Source: Gammaproteobacteria bacterium (GTDB lineage Bacteria; Pseudomonadota; Gammaproteobacteria; Eutrophobiales; Eutrophobiaceae). From it: a stretch of DNA of 46,070 nt. The notes under the pieces were generated by a model that had not been told where the DNA came from, made no database searches, and saw nothing but the letters and a program-made list of their open reading frames with translations. Shown piece after piece: positions 10,069 through 19,436 of this stretch. The DNA is taken from contig CAXMWX010000002.1 in the NCBI GenBank assembly GCA_963422205.2, forward strand, positions 1-46,070, read 5' to 3'. Every line of letters starts with the position of its first letter. Position 1 is the stretch's first letter. A program made the translations under genes and the position numbers.

Positions 10069-11002
10069 GCGGATATTTCCATATCAGCAACTCATGGGAT
10101 TTTTTGACATGGCTGCCGCCGTTCTTCTCTGCTCTGTTGATGCCGATCCGGGTGTCTCCTTGGCCGAAGGTGTATTGCCATTCGGGCGCTGAGATATGAC
10201 AGTCCGCATACCAATCCCTGATAGTCTCGCAATCGTTGTATGACAAAATAAATCCGCCGTTATGCGATAACAGCAGATCACGCAATATGTCATGCTTAAA
10301 GCCCGCATGGTGAATGGGAAAATTTCGATGCGGATACATGCCGACAAACATTTTGCCCTCATCCAGGTAGTATGGTGGATCGCAATAGAGAAAATCAGCG
10401 CCGTGGTTTGGGATTGAGTTTTCAAAGCTGGCACACGTAACGGATAATTTTGGCGCTCGAAACCCCCTCACTTTTGTCAGCGTTTTAGCATAGCGTGTTT
10501 CATTTAAGTAAACATCAGACGGCCAACCTAAAAAGTGCGGCCCGTAGGAGGTGTTGGAATTGAAATAATAATGCGCCGCCAGGTCCCAGCGATTAAGCCT
10601 GGCCTCCCCTTGCCAATGGGCTTTTAAGCGCTGTTTAACCGCCGCAAATGTTGTACGGGAAGGCGTAAAAGCCACCAGCCGCCTGTACAGCGCTTCAGGC
10701 TGGTTAATTTGAACGTCCCAGTAATTGGTAAGCACATCAAACACATCATAGGCTATGACATCAACACTGACCTCATTGGCGATAGCGATCTCAACCGCCC
10801 CGCCGCCGATGAATGGTGATACCAGCTGCGTGATGTTATCGGGCAGTAACTCGGCAACAAACCCCACCGCCAGAGTCTTGCCGCCAGCATAGCGCAACGG
10901 GGAGCCTAAATAACGCTTGTATTTGCGGTTGCCATTGCTTTTAAGCTTACGCAGTAATTGTTCTTTGGCTGGCAGGTCAAAAAGCGCAGGCTGAATATTC
11001 AC
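10061..11002 (-). CDS. Dam/D12-class (alpha) N6-adenine DNA methyltransferase
   Basis: SPLRYAGGK, SPFIGGG (motif I), FLYCDPPY (motif IV), FILSYND, C-terminal SHELLI. Confidence 0.9.
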   Translation of the reverse strand: MNIQPALFDLPAKEQLLRKLKSNGNRKYKRYLGSPLRYAGGKTLAVGFVAELLPDNITQLVSPFIGGGAVEIAIANEVSVDVIAYDVFDVLTNYWDVQINQPEALYRRLVAFTPSRTTFAAVKQRLKAHWQGEARLNRWDLAAHYYFNSNTSYGPHFLGWPSDVYLNETRYAKTLTKVRGFRAPKLSVTCASFENSIPNHGADFLYCDPPYYLDEGKMFVGMYPHRNFPIHHAGFKHDILRDLLLSHNGGFILSYNDCETIRDWYADCHISAPEWQYTFGQGDTRIGINRAEKNGGSHVKKSHELLIWKYPHE

Positions 11003-11069
11003 ATGGATTGATTTGCTACAGGGTGGCTTGCGTTTATGTTGGATACTTTAAGGGATTATACAGTCAGGG

Positions 11070-12569
11070 CTAATCAACCTGCAAGCCAATCCCGAGAGCA
11101 TGCAAATACTCGCTCTCTGCCTTGAGATCCGCTGCCGTCAAGGGGTGTTCGGCCAGCCAGTTATCGGGAAATGTCAGTGTTAATGCCTTGCTGTTTACCG
11201 CCAGCCTGCTCCTGGGTGTGGCCTGGTATGAGCGGCTTCGGTTCAGCACATAAGCGATGCGTAACAGCACCGCCAGGCGGGTGAGCGTGTCTCGGTCCTC
11301 GGCCATCAGCGCATTGAACTCGGCCACCGGGAATTTGCGGCGATGCGCCCTGACCAGCAGGGCCAGGGCTTCCTGTTCTTGCCGGGAGAAGCCGGGCATG
11401 TTGGCATGGGATAACAGATATGCCCCGTGGCGGTGGTATTGGGCATGGGCAATCGCCAGTCCGATTTCGTGTAACTCAGCCGCCCACAGCAACAGATCGC
11501 GAGCGCCTCTGTCCAGTTGCCATGGCCCCTGTGCCTGCTGAAATAAATGTTGGGCGGTGCTGATCACTTTATCAGCCTGTTCGTTATCAACGCTGTAACG
11601 CCTGGCCATGTCGGTGGCCGTGGTGTTGCGGATGTCCTCATCCTGATGCCGACCGATCAGCTCATAGATGATCCCCTCGCGCAAGGCCCCTTCCGAGACC
11701 TGTATCTGCTCCAGCGCCAATGCATCAAAGATAGCGCTTAATATCGCCACACCACCGGCAAACACCGGTTTTCTGCGCTCAGATAACGCCGCCAGGCAGA
11801 TATTTTCATGATGTGCTGCCCGGATCAGATGGGCTTTGAGTGTGTGCAGTGCAGATGCGCTGATGCCGCTGTTGCACCAGCCCTCAGCCAGTGCCACCTC
11901 GCTGATCGTGCGGATGCTGCCGGAGGAGCCCAGCACCATCTCCCAGCCGATGCGCCGATAGCGTGCTTCCATGCTCTCCAACTCCATCCGTGCAAACAGC
12001 ACGGCCTCACGCATACGGCGGGCGCTGATTTTTCCATCGGCGAAAAAACGCTGGCTGGTATTAACACACCCCATGTAGAAGCTCTCCGCCACCTCTGGTT
12101 GAAACCCGGTGCCGATAATACACTCGGTGCTGCCGCCACCGATGTCGATCACCAGGCGCTTTTCGGTGGCGCTGTAGAACGTGTGCGCCACGCCAAGAAA
12201 CACCAGCCTGGCCTCTTCCTGGCCGGATATGATCTCAATATGCTGACCCAGGGCTTTGCGTGCACGGCTGATGAATTGATGACCATTGCGTGCCTGGCGA
12301 AAGGTATTCGTGCCGACGATTTTGACATTTGTCCGGGGGACTTCCCTGAGACGCTGGCCGAATCGTTCAAGGCATTGTAGCGCCCGCTGCATGGCCTCTT
12401 CACTGAGGTTATTCGCCTTATCCAGCCCGGAGGCGATGCGTACCATGTCTTTTATGCGGTCGATGATTTGGATGTGTCCCTCCTCATACTTGGCGACCAC
12501 CATATGAAAACTGTTAGAGCCCAGATCAATGGCGATGAAGGTCTCACTTAAAATACTGTTCATGGTCAC
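11070..12569 (-). CDS. ppx: Exopolyphosphatase (Ppx/GppA family)
   Basis: AIDLGSNSFH, ISGQEEAR, DIGGGSTE, GALREG, LHEIG, MPGFS. Confidence 0.95.
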   Translation of the reverse strand: MTMNSILSETFIAIDLGSNSFHMVVAKYEEGHIQIIDRIKDMVRIASGLDKANNLSEEAMQRALQCLERFGQRLREVPRTNVKIVGTNTFRQARNGHQFISRARKALGQHIEIISGQEEARLVFLGVAHTFYSATEKRLVIDIGGGSTECIIGTGFQPEVAESFYMGCVNTSQRFFADGKISARRMREAVLFARMELESMEARYRRIGWEMVLGSSGSIRTISEVALAEGWCNSGISASALHTLKAHLIRAAHHENICLAALSERRKPVFAGGVAILSAIFDALALEQIQVSEGALREGIIYELIGRHQDEDIRNTTATDMARRYSVDNEQADKVISTAQHLFQQAQGPWQLDRGARDLLLWAAELHEIGLAIAHAQYHRHGAYLLSHANMPGFSRQEQEALALLVRAHRRKFPVAEFNALMAEDRDTLTRLAVLLRIAYVLNRSRSYQATPRSRLAVNSKALTLTFPDNWLAEHPLTAADLKAESEYLHALGIGLQVD

Positions 12570-12627
12570 TGTATGGGTGGCGGTAAGCTATACTGATTAA
12601 GCCGTTGCCTGATTGCCAGGAGAGACT

Positions 12628-13164
12628 ATGCCTGTATTAACCCTGTTGCGCCATGCCAAGTCTGACTGGCATAGCGGTGTCCATAAGGACAAGGCCCGGC
12701 CCTTATCAGCCCGTGGCCGTGAAGATGCCCCTCGCATGGGCCGATGGCTGGCACAGCAAGCCGTGATTCCTGACATTATTCTCTCATCATCCGCTGTTCG
12801 AACCGCCCAGACTGTGGCTGCAATTAATGTGCATTTACGCTTATCCAATGATCGTATCGTCTTTATGGATGCGCTCTATGCCGCCAGCCGGCATACATTA
12901 TTGCAAGTCATTGCAAAATACAGCCCATGTTATGAACACATCCTGCTCACAGGACATAATCCAGGCATGGAGGAACTGCTGTGCTTTTTGAGCAAGACAC
13001 CGCCGCCGCCGAGCAAGACCGGCAAGTTAATGAGCACGGCGGCAGTGGCGGTGCTGCGCTGCCCGGCTGCCGAGAGCGCTGGCAAGCCAGGGATAGCAGA
13101 ACGAGGCACAGCGGAGTTGATCAGCCTGATGCGCCCCAAGGAGCTGCCGAGAGAGACTACTTAG
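12628..13164 (+). CDS. sixA: SixA-type phosphohistidine phosphatase
   Basis: LLRHAKS, RPLSARG, SSAVRTAQT, LTGHNPG. Confidence 0.85.
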   Translation: MPVLTLLRHAKSDWHSGVHKDKARPLSARGREDAPRMGRWLAQQAVIPDIILSSSAVRTAQTVAAINVHLRLSNDRIVFMDALYAASRHTLLQVIAKYSPCYEHILLTGHNPGMEELLCFLSKTPPPPSKTGKLMSTAAVAVLRCPAAESAGKPGIAERGTAELISLMRPKELPRETT

Positions 13165-13951
13165 CGGCCACGATATAAGCCACCCAACCGGCATCTGCGG
13201 TGCCTTTGGTGGCTGGCTGGTAGTCCTCATCCCCCCCCTCCTCGGCCTTGTCCCAGTACACGGTGATCTGAAAACCAGCCGCTTTGAGCAGATCAACGAT
13301 CTCCGGCAGGGTCCACAGGCGCCAGTCATAGCTAAACGCCTGTTTGATTTTGGAGCCATCACGAAAGGTAAAATGGATATGGCAGAGGTAGTCGCCCGTG
13401 ATGGGATTATAATCGGCCTGATCCCAGATATAGGTGAATTTGCCGTGCCTGGTTTTCTCTTCCAATAATTGAAAGGCTTCATAGCCGCCAAAGCAGTCAA
13501 GAAAAAAAATGCCGTCATCGCCCAACCCATCGTAAACAGAACGAAAGTAGCGCTTCAGAGTTTTTTTCTCCTTAAACAGCCAGTAACTGAAATTCATCGC
13601 CAGCACAATGTCTGTTGGTGCGGCTTTCACTGTAAGCACATCGGCATTTAACACCGTGATGCGTTGCCGTTGTTTGCTGGTCAGTTTTGCCAGATGATGT
13701 GCCTTCCCCCAGGCCAGCACCGATGGCTCCAGATCGACACTGATTGCCTTGTTGTGCTGGCGCCGCCTGATCCATTCGCATGAGGTGTTCATGGTGCCGC
13801 AAAAGTCTTCTCGTAAACTGCGGGCAGTTCGCTTACGCATTTTTTTGAAGGTGGTATCAACAAAATCAATCTCAGCTTCAACGCACTGCACAGAAAGCTC
13901 ATACAGCTCATGAATATCCGCGCTGTCGGCCAGTTTTTTTCTTTTATTCAT
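13157..13951 (-). CDS. Class I SAM-dependent methyltransferase, substrate unknown
   Basis: LREDFCGT motif-I variant, SVDLE, DIVLAMNFSY, GIFFLD. Confidence 0.75.
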   Translation of the reverse strand: MNKRKKLADSADIHELYELSVQCVEAEIDFVDTTFKKMRKRTARSLREDFCGTMNTSCEWIRRRQHNKAISVDLEPSVLAWGKAHHLAKLTSKQRQRITVLNADVLTVKAAPTDIVLAMNFSYWLFKEKKTLKRYFRSVYDGLGDDGIFFLDCFGGYEAFQLLEEKTRHGKFTYIWDQADYNPITGDYLCHIHFTFRDGSKIKQAFSYDWRLWTLPEIVDLLKAAGFQITVYWDKAEEGGDEDYQPATKGTADAGWVAYIVAAK

Positions 13952-14073
13952 GTGCTGATTATGTCTTTGCGTTACCTGGCATGACGGGAGAATTTTCTGG
14001 AAATTTTCCGGCTGTATTAAAAAGCAGGGTATTATACATGCTTGTCCATATAATTGAATCTCAAGGTGGCTAT

Positions 14074-14835
14074 ATGTCCTGGTGGGGGAAGCTGGCCGGT
14101 GGGGCCTTTGGCTTTATGTTTGGCGGGCCCTTAGGTGCGCTTGTCGGTGCGGCGATTGGTCATAATTTTGATACCGGCCTGGCACAACAGCAGCACGACC
14201 CACTCAGCCAGGAGCGGGTGCAGACGGCTTTTTTCACTGCGCTTTTTTCGGTTATGGGACATATCTGCAAGGCCGATGGTGTGGTCAGCGATGATGAGAT
14301 CAGAATAGCCAATGCGGTGATGGCCGATATGGACTTATCGCCAGCCCAGATCCAGGCCGCCCGGCGATTATTTGCTGAGGGCAAAAAACCGCAGTTCCCA
14401 TTAACTGACGTGCTACGGCAGTTCAAGCGAGAGACTGGCCGGCGGGCCAATTTGCGGCGTGTCTTTATTGAAATGCTTTGCCTGGCGGCTTATGCCGATG
14501 GCGTGATGCACCCGGCTGAATTACGCCTGTTGCAACATGTGGCGACCGAGTTAGGTCTCTCCCGCCCTCAGCTTGATGCGCTGTTGCGGGGGCTTGGGGC
14601 GGGTAGTCAACAGGCCCGAACGGCACCTGAGGCCGATCCCTATGCGGTGTTGAATGTTACCAAACATGCCAGTGATGCCGAGGTAAAAAAAGCCTATCGC
14701 CGGCTGGTAAGCCAGCATCATCCAGACAAGCTGGTGGCAAAGGGTTTGCCGGAGGAGATGATGCGGCTGGCGACACAGCGTACACAGCAGATCCGCCAGG
14801 CGTATGAGGCGATCAAGGCACAACGGGGGTTCTAG
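14074..14835 (+). CDS. djlA: Co-chaperone DjlA
   Basis: N-terminal WWGKLAGG membrane anchor, TerB-like KADG segment, C-terminal J domain with HHPDK. Confidence 0.93.
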   Translation: MSWWGKLAGGAFGFMFGGPLGALVGAAIGHNFDTGLAQQQHDPLSQERVQTAFFTALFSVMGHICKADGVVSDDEIRIANAVMADMDLSPAQIQAARRLFAEGKKPQFPLTDVLRQFKRETGRRANLRRVFIEMLCLAAYADGVMHPAELRLLQHVATELGLSRPQLDALLRGLGAGSQQARTAPEADPYAVLNVTKHASDAEVKKAYRRLVSQHHPDKLVAKGLPEEMMRLATQRTQQIRQAYEAIKAQRGF

Positions 14836-15101
14836 TCTGTGCTTTGCGCTGTCTTTGCTCTGTGCCATCCTTGCAGCCGGGCGCCAATGAACTGACCGGC
14901 AAAATAGCACAGTACCAGGGCGGCGATCACCGGGATCTGCCAGTCAATACCCGCCCCCAATCGCATGGCGATCACCAGCGGTACGGCGGCATGGACGGCA
15001 ATGAACCACTGCACGGAGAATTTTGCCACCGCCTCACGCCAGTAACCGAAGGGGATGTTGATCAGCAGGGTCGCCAGGGCGATAACGAGAATCTCAGCCA
15101 T
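14832..15101 (-). CDS. Small hypothetical membrane protein
   Basis: About 89 aa with three hydrophobic segments (NIPFGYWR, WFIAVHAAVP); overlaps the fxsA stop region. Confidence 0.7.
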   Translation of the reverse strand: MAEILVIALATLLINIPFGYWREAVAKFSVQWFIAVHAAVPLVIAMRLGAGIDWQIPVIAALVLCYFAGQFIGARLQGWHRAKTAQSTD

Positions 15102-15573
15102 TAGCGGCAGGCTTGCTGGCATGGGTTATCCCGGCCTTGCTGTGTCTCTCATCCGTCTCGGCATACTCGCCCTCAATAATCACGGCGGCATCTGCTGGCC
15201 TGTTGCTGCCCCGGCCTGCCACATAGCGCAATGATCGCCAGGCAATCAGCCGCCGCACGGCGGGGATCAGCAGGGTGAAGCCGATGGCATCGGTCACAAA
15301 GCCGGGGGTAAGCAACAATGCACCACAGAGCAGCAGCATGACCCCGGCCAGCAATTCGATGGCCGGTATCTCGCCAGCCCGCAGCTTGTGCTGCACCGTG
15401 GCAATACTTTGCAGGCCCTGGATACGCAGTAACACGGCGCCCAGGGCGGCAGTGAAGATGACCAGCACCACGGTGGGGACAGTGCCCAGGAACTCGCCAG
15501 TCTGTAACAACACATAAAGCTCCAGCAGGGGCAGCAGCAAAAACAGCAGGAACAGGAGCTTAAAAGCTGACAT
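15094..15573 (-). CDS. fxsA: FxsA family membrane protein
   Basis: PLLELYVL, LLRIQG, GALLLTPGFVTDAIG, IIEGEY. Confidence 0.9.
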   Translation of the reverse strand: MSAFKLLFLLFLLLPLLELYVLLQTGEFLGTVPTVVLVIFTAALGAVLLRIQGLQSIATVQHKLRAGEIPAIELLAGVMLLLCGALLLTPGFVTDAIGFTLLIPAVRRLIAWRSLRYVAGRGSNRPADAAVIIEGEYAETDERHSKAGITHASKPAANG

Positions 15574-15667
15574 GCAAATAAAATTTAAGGTTTGGGCTGG
15601 CAGATAGATATAATGTACTGGCAAAAGCGCATATTGCAAGCGAGGATTGATACAAGTGCAGCCAATA

Positions 15668-15943
15668 ATGCGATGCACTTATCTTGAACATGTACCGGCA
15701 TTGAATCGCTGTCCGGGTGCAATGACCGCAAAGGCCAATATCGCCAAAGGCGCATTGCCCGTGTGCAGGTCCTGCCTGCTGTACATGCGGATTTGAACGG
15801 ATGGAGAAAATTGGCACAGCCGAGGAGCATAGCCTGATGATCAGCACGATAGCGACACGCCATGCCAGGCCGGAAGGCGGGATTTTGCCACCACATCTGC
15901 ACGCGTTGCCGCTCATTGCCCTTGACTGCACGGTGCGAAGATG
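15668..15943 (+). pseudogene. cutA: Degenerate cutA (divalent-cation tolerance protein) remnant
   Basis: Three frames give LNRCPGAMTAKANIA / RIARVQVLPAVH / EKIGTAEEHSLMISTIATRHARPEGGILPPHLHALPLIAL, colinear with CutA; occupies the usual position between fxsA and dsbD. Confidence 0.65.
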
Positions 15944-17770
15944 AAGCATCTCAGCCTGGTTTTTTTACTGGTGAGTCTGTTCTACGCCGCCAGCGCCGCG
16001 GCTGGAAGTGTGGGTGAGCGCATCCAGAGATTGCTGGACAAGTCGCCGACCGGCACCGCACAGGGGTTTCTTGATCCGGAACAGGCGTTTATTTTTACCG
16101 CCCAGCACATCACGGCCAGCGAGGTACGCTTTAGCTGGCAGATTGCCGAGGGGTATTACCTTTATCGTGACCGCTTTGCCATCAGCGCCGGAGAGGTGGT
16201 GCTGGGGCCGTGGGCGCCACCGGCCGGCACACTGAAGCAGGATGAGTCGTTTGGCGAGGTGGAGGTCAACACCGGGCTGACGCAGTTCACCGTCCCGCTG
16301 CCCGGCCCGCCGGTGGCGGCGGTGCGGTTTGCTGTGCAATACCAGGGCTGCAAGGAATATGCGCTTTGTTATCCGCCGATCAACAAGACTATAGAAGTCG
16401 CCATGATCGGTGATCCGGCAGCTGGCTTCACCACAGCAGCGGCCACCATCCCGCCGCCACCAGCAGCCACGGCGGTGCTGTCCGCCCAGGATCAGATCAC
16501 CGAGAAGTTAAAGACCAGCGGACTGCTGATCAACATCGCGGCTTTTTTTGTCTTCGGCCTGCTGTTGTCCCTGACACCTTGCGTGTTTCCCATGATCCCC
16601 ATTCTGTCCGGCATCATTGTCGGGCAGTCAGAGCCACTATCGGCGGCGAGGGGGTTTGCCTTGTCATTGGTCTATGTTCTGGCGATGGCGCTGACCTATG
16701 CCGTGCTGGGCGTGATAGCCGGTTCCTTGCAGGTCAATATCCAGGCGGCAGCGCAGAACGTTTGGGCGATCAGTTTTTTCAGCGCCGTATTCGTGTTGCT
16801 GGCCTTTTCCATGTTTGGGTTTTATGAACTGCAATTACCCGCCGCACTGCAAACCCGGCTGTCTGCCTTGTCAAATTCACAAACCCGCGGCAGCCTGGCG
16901 GGTGTGGCGATCATGGGGGCAATATCGGCGGTAATTGTCGGGCCCTGTGTGGCCCCGCCCCTGGCCGGTGCCTTGTTGTACATCAGCCAGACGGGCAATG
17001 CGGTGCTGGGCGGGGCGGCGCTGTTTTTCATGGGGCTTGGGCTGGGTGTGCCCTTATTGCTTATCGGCATGTCGGCCGGGTCTTTATTGCCGAAGGCCGG
17101 CATCTGGATGCAATCCGTCAAATCGGTGTTCGGCGTGCTGATGCTGGCGGTGGCCATCTGGTTTTTAGAGCGCATCCTTCCCATGCCAGTGGCCTTGCTG
17201 CTGTGGGGCAGTTTGTTTATTTTTGCTGCCATCTATCTGGGGGTGCCGGGCCAGCGTCCGGCCTCCGGCTGGCAGAAGGCCGGCAAAGGCTTGGGGCTGC
17301 TTATGATGATTTACGGTGTCAGTCTGGTGGTCGGCGCCATCGCCGGGGCGGATGACAAGTGGCGGCCATTACAGCCATTCACGGGTACGGCTGGCGTTCC
17401 GGCTGAACACCCGCCGCTATTTAAGCGTATTGCCTCGCTGGCAGAGTTGCAGCGGGAGATCCGCCTGGCCGAGGGTGACCGGCTCATGCTGGATTTTTAT
17501 GCTGACTGGTGTGTGACCTGCATCGAGATGGAGAAGAAGACATTCAGCGCTGCCGCGGTACGGGAAGAGATGGAAAAATTCGTTTTGTTACAGGCCGATG
17601 TCACCGCCAACACGGCGGATGATCAGGCACTGCTGGCGCATTTTGGGCTATATGGCCCGCCGGCGATCGTGTTTTTTAACTCACAGGGCATAGAGATAAA
17701 ACACATGCGGCTGGTGGGCTTTGTGCCGGCCGACACCTTTGCCCGGCATCTAAGGCGGCTGTTGTTGTGA
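15941..17770 (+). CDS. dsbD: Thiol:disulfide interchange protein DsbD
   Basis: QGC...LCYPP, LTPCVFPMIP, VGPCVAPPL, FYADWCVTC. Confidence 0.95.
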   Translation: MKHLSLVFLLVSLFYAASAAAGSVGERIQRLLDKSPTGTAQGFLDPEQAFIFTAQHITASEVRFSWQIAEGYYLYRDRFAISAGEVVLGPWAPPAGTLKQDESFGEVEVNTGLTQFTVPLPGPPVAAVRFAVQYQGCKEYALCYPPINKTIEVAMIGDPAAGFTTAAATIPPPPAATAVLSAQDQITEKLKTSGLLINIAAFFVFGLLLSLTPCVFPMIPILSGIIVGQSEPLSAARGFALSLVYVLAMALTYAVLGVIAGSLQVNIQAAAQNVWAISFFSAVFVLLAFSMFGFYELQLPAALQTRLSALSNSQTRGSLAGVAIMGAISAVIVGPCVAPPLAGALLYISQTGNAVLGGAALFFMGLGLGVPLLLIGMSAGSLLPKAGIWMQSVKSVFGVLMLAVAIWFLERILPMPVALLLWGSLFIFAAIYLGVPGQRPASGWQKAGKGLGLLMMIYGVSLVVGAIAGADDKWRPLQPFTGTAGVPAEHPPLFKRIASLAELQREIRLAEGDRLMLDFYADWCVTCIEMEKKTFSAAAVREEMEKFVLLQADVTANTADDQALLAHFGLYGPPAIVFFNSQGIEIKHMRLVGFVPADTFARHLRRLLL

Positions 17771-18339
17771 ACCGGCGGCTGTTATCTGCCATGCTGGTCG
17801 TGCTGTTGCTGGCCGCCTCTGCCGGGACGGGTTTTTATCTGCAAAACCAGCGGCAGGCGAATACGCCCCCGCCCGCCGCCATCACGGCAAAGGCACACGC
17901 TGCCACAGCGCCAGTTACGCCGGGTGTGGCTGCGCCGGATTTCTCCCTGCCCGACCTTGAGGGTGACAAGCGCTCCTTATCGGAGTGGCGGGGCGAGGTG
18001 GTGGTGGTCAATTTCTGGGCGACTTGGTGTCCGCCGTGCCGGGAAGAGATCCCGGCGTTTGTCGCCTTACAGAGCCAATATGGCGAACAGGGGGTACAGT
18101 TTATCGGCATCGCCCTGCAACAGGCCCGCGAGCTGACGGATTTTGTGGCCGAATATCACATCAATTACCCCATTCTGGTGGGGGAATCCGAGGTGATCAG
18201 ATTGGCGCAAAGCCTGGGCAATACGGTGGGGGGGCTGCCTTACACGGTGATCATTGATCGGGCGGGTGCGGTGCAATTTGTCAAGGCCGGCCCCCTAACT
18301 CGCCAGCAGGCGGAGGCAGCGATCACGGCGCTCTTGTGA
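17767..18339 (+). CDS. TlpA/ResA-family thioredoxin-like disulfide reductase
   Basis: N-terminal anchor, APDFSL, NFWATWCPPCREEIP, GLPYT. Confidence 0.9.
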   Translation: MNRRLLSAMLVVLLLAASAGTGFYLQNQRQANTPPPAAITAKAHAATAPVTPGVAAPDFSLPDLEGDKRSLSEWRGEVVVVNFWATWCPPCREEIPAFVALQSQYGEQGVQFIGIALQQARELTDFVAEYHINYPILVGESEVIRLAQSLGNTVGGLPYTVIIDRAGAVQFVKAGPLTRQQAEAAITALL

Positions 18340-18441
18340 TACGTGATACGAAGATAAGCTAAAAAAATAATCGTTATTTCGGCCAATTTCTGTTAAATTT
18401 CATAAAATACACCGAAATAAAATTATCCAGATAAAATTATC

Positions 18442-18879
18442 ATGCCAAATATTCTCATCTTGCATGGCCCCAATCTCAATCTGCTTGGCGAGCGAGAGCC
18501 CGAGATCTATGGCCGGGCGAGCCTGGCAGAGATTGATGCACATCTGGCTGCTATGGCAAAGAAGCTGGGGCATCGCCTGAACAGCCTGCAATCCAACGCT
18601 GAACATCGGCTGCTTGAGCGTATCCATCAGGCGCAGGCCGAGGCGGTGGATTTTATCATCATCAACCCGGGGGCCTTCACACACACCAGCATCGCATTGC
18701 GTGATGCCTTGCTCGGCGTGGCCATTCCCTTCGTTGAGGTGCATTTGTCCAATGTGTTTGCCCGGGAAGCCTTCAGGCGACACTCCTATCTGTCTGATGT
18801 GGCTGTTGCCGTCATCACGGGGGCGGGCGCCCTGGGTTATCAGCTCGCCTTGCAGGTGGCGGCAGAACAACTGACCTAA
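18442..18879 (+). CDS. aroQ: Type II 3-dehydroquinate dehydratase
   Basis: [33 protein letters not shown]. Confidence 0.96.
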   Translation: MPNILILHGPNLNLLGEREPEIYGRASLAEIDAHLAAMAKKLGHRLNSLQSNAEHRLLERIHQAQAEAVDFIIINPGAFTHTSIALRDALLGVAIPFVEVHLSNVFAREAFRRHSYLSDVAVAVITGAGALGYQLALQVAAEQLT

Positions 18880-18898
18880 GCGTTAGGACGCTGGCCTG

Positions 18899-19396
18899 AT
18901 GGATATAAGAAAAGTAAAAAAATTGATCGAGATGCTGGAAGCCTCCGAGGTCTCGGAAATAGAAATACACGAGGGTGAGGAGTCCGTACGTATCAGCCGC
19001 CTTCCCTCCATGGCGGAGGTGCCATCACCCGCAGCGACATCATCCGGGGCAATATCACAAAGCATACGGCTTGCCGATAAGCCCCCCCTGGCCACGCCAA
19101 TGCAAGGCGAGCCAGCCACTGCCGCGGCCGCCCCGCCGACCGATGCACCGCCTGACGGGCAGGTGGTGAAGTCGCCGATGGTAGGCATCTTCTATGAATC
19201 GCCTACACCGGGCAGGCCAGCGTTTGTTGAGCTAGGCCAGGCCGTTAAGGCAGGCGATGTGCTCTGCATTATCGAGGCCATGAAGATCATGAATCACATT
19301 GAGGCCGAGGGCAGCGGTGTGATCAGCAAGATCATGGTCGGCAATGGTGAGCCGGTCGAGTACGGGCAGCCGCTGTTTGAGTTGCGGGATGCCTGA
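18899..19396 (+). CDS. accB: Acetyl-CoA carboxylase biotin carboxyl carrier protein
   Basis: MDIRKVKKLIE, SPMVG, EAMK biotinylation motif. Confidence 0.96.
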   Translation: MDIRKVKKLIEMLEASEVSEIEIHEGEESVRISRLPSMAEVPSPAATSSGAISQSIRLADKPPLATPMQGEPATAAAAPPTDAPPDGQVVKSPMVGIFYESPTPGRPAFVELGQAVKAGDVLCIIEAMKIMNHIEAEGSGVISKIMVGNGEPVEYGQPLFELRDA

Positions 19397-19436
19397 GCCT
19401 GGCGATAAAAAATATTTTTCTGCGTGAACTTCTGCC

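Noticed and set aside
15560-15949. Minus-strand ORFs 15560-15949 and 15585-15902, and likewise ORF 22584-22808, as novel small proteins
   Set aside because: They are better explained as chance frames over the cutA and dusB remnants and promoter DNA.
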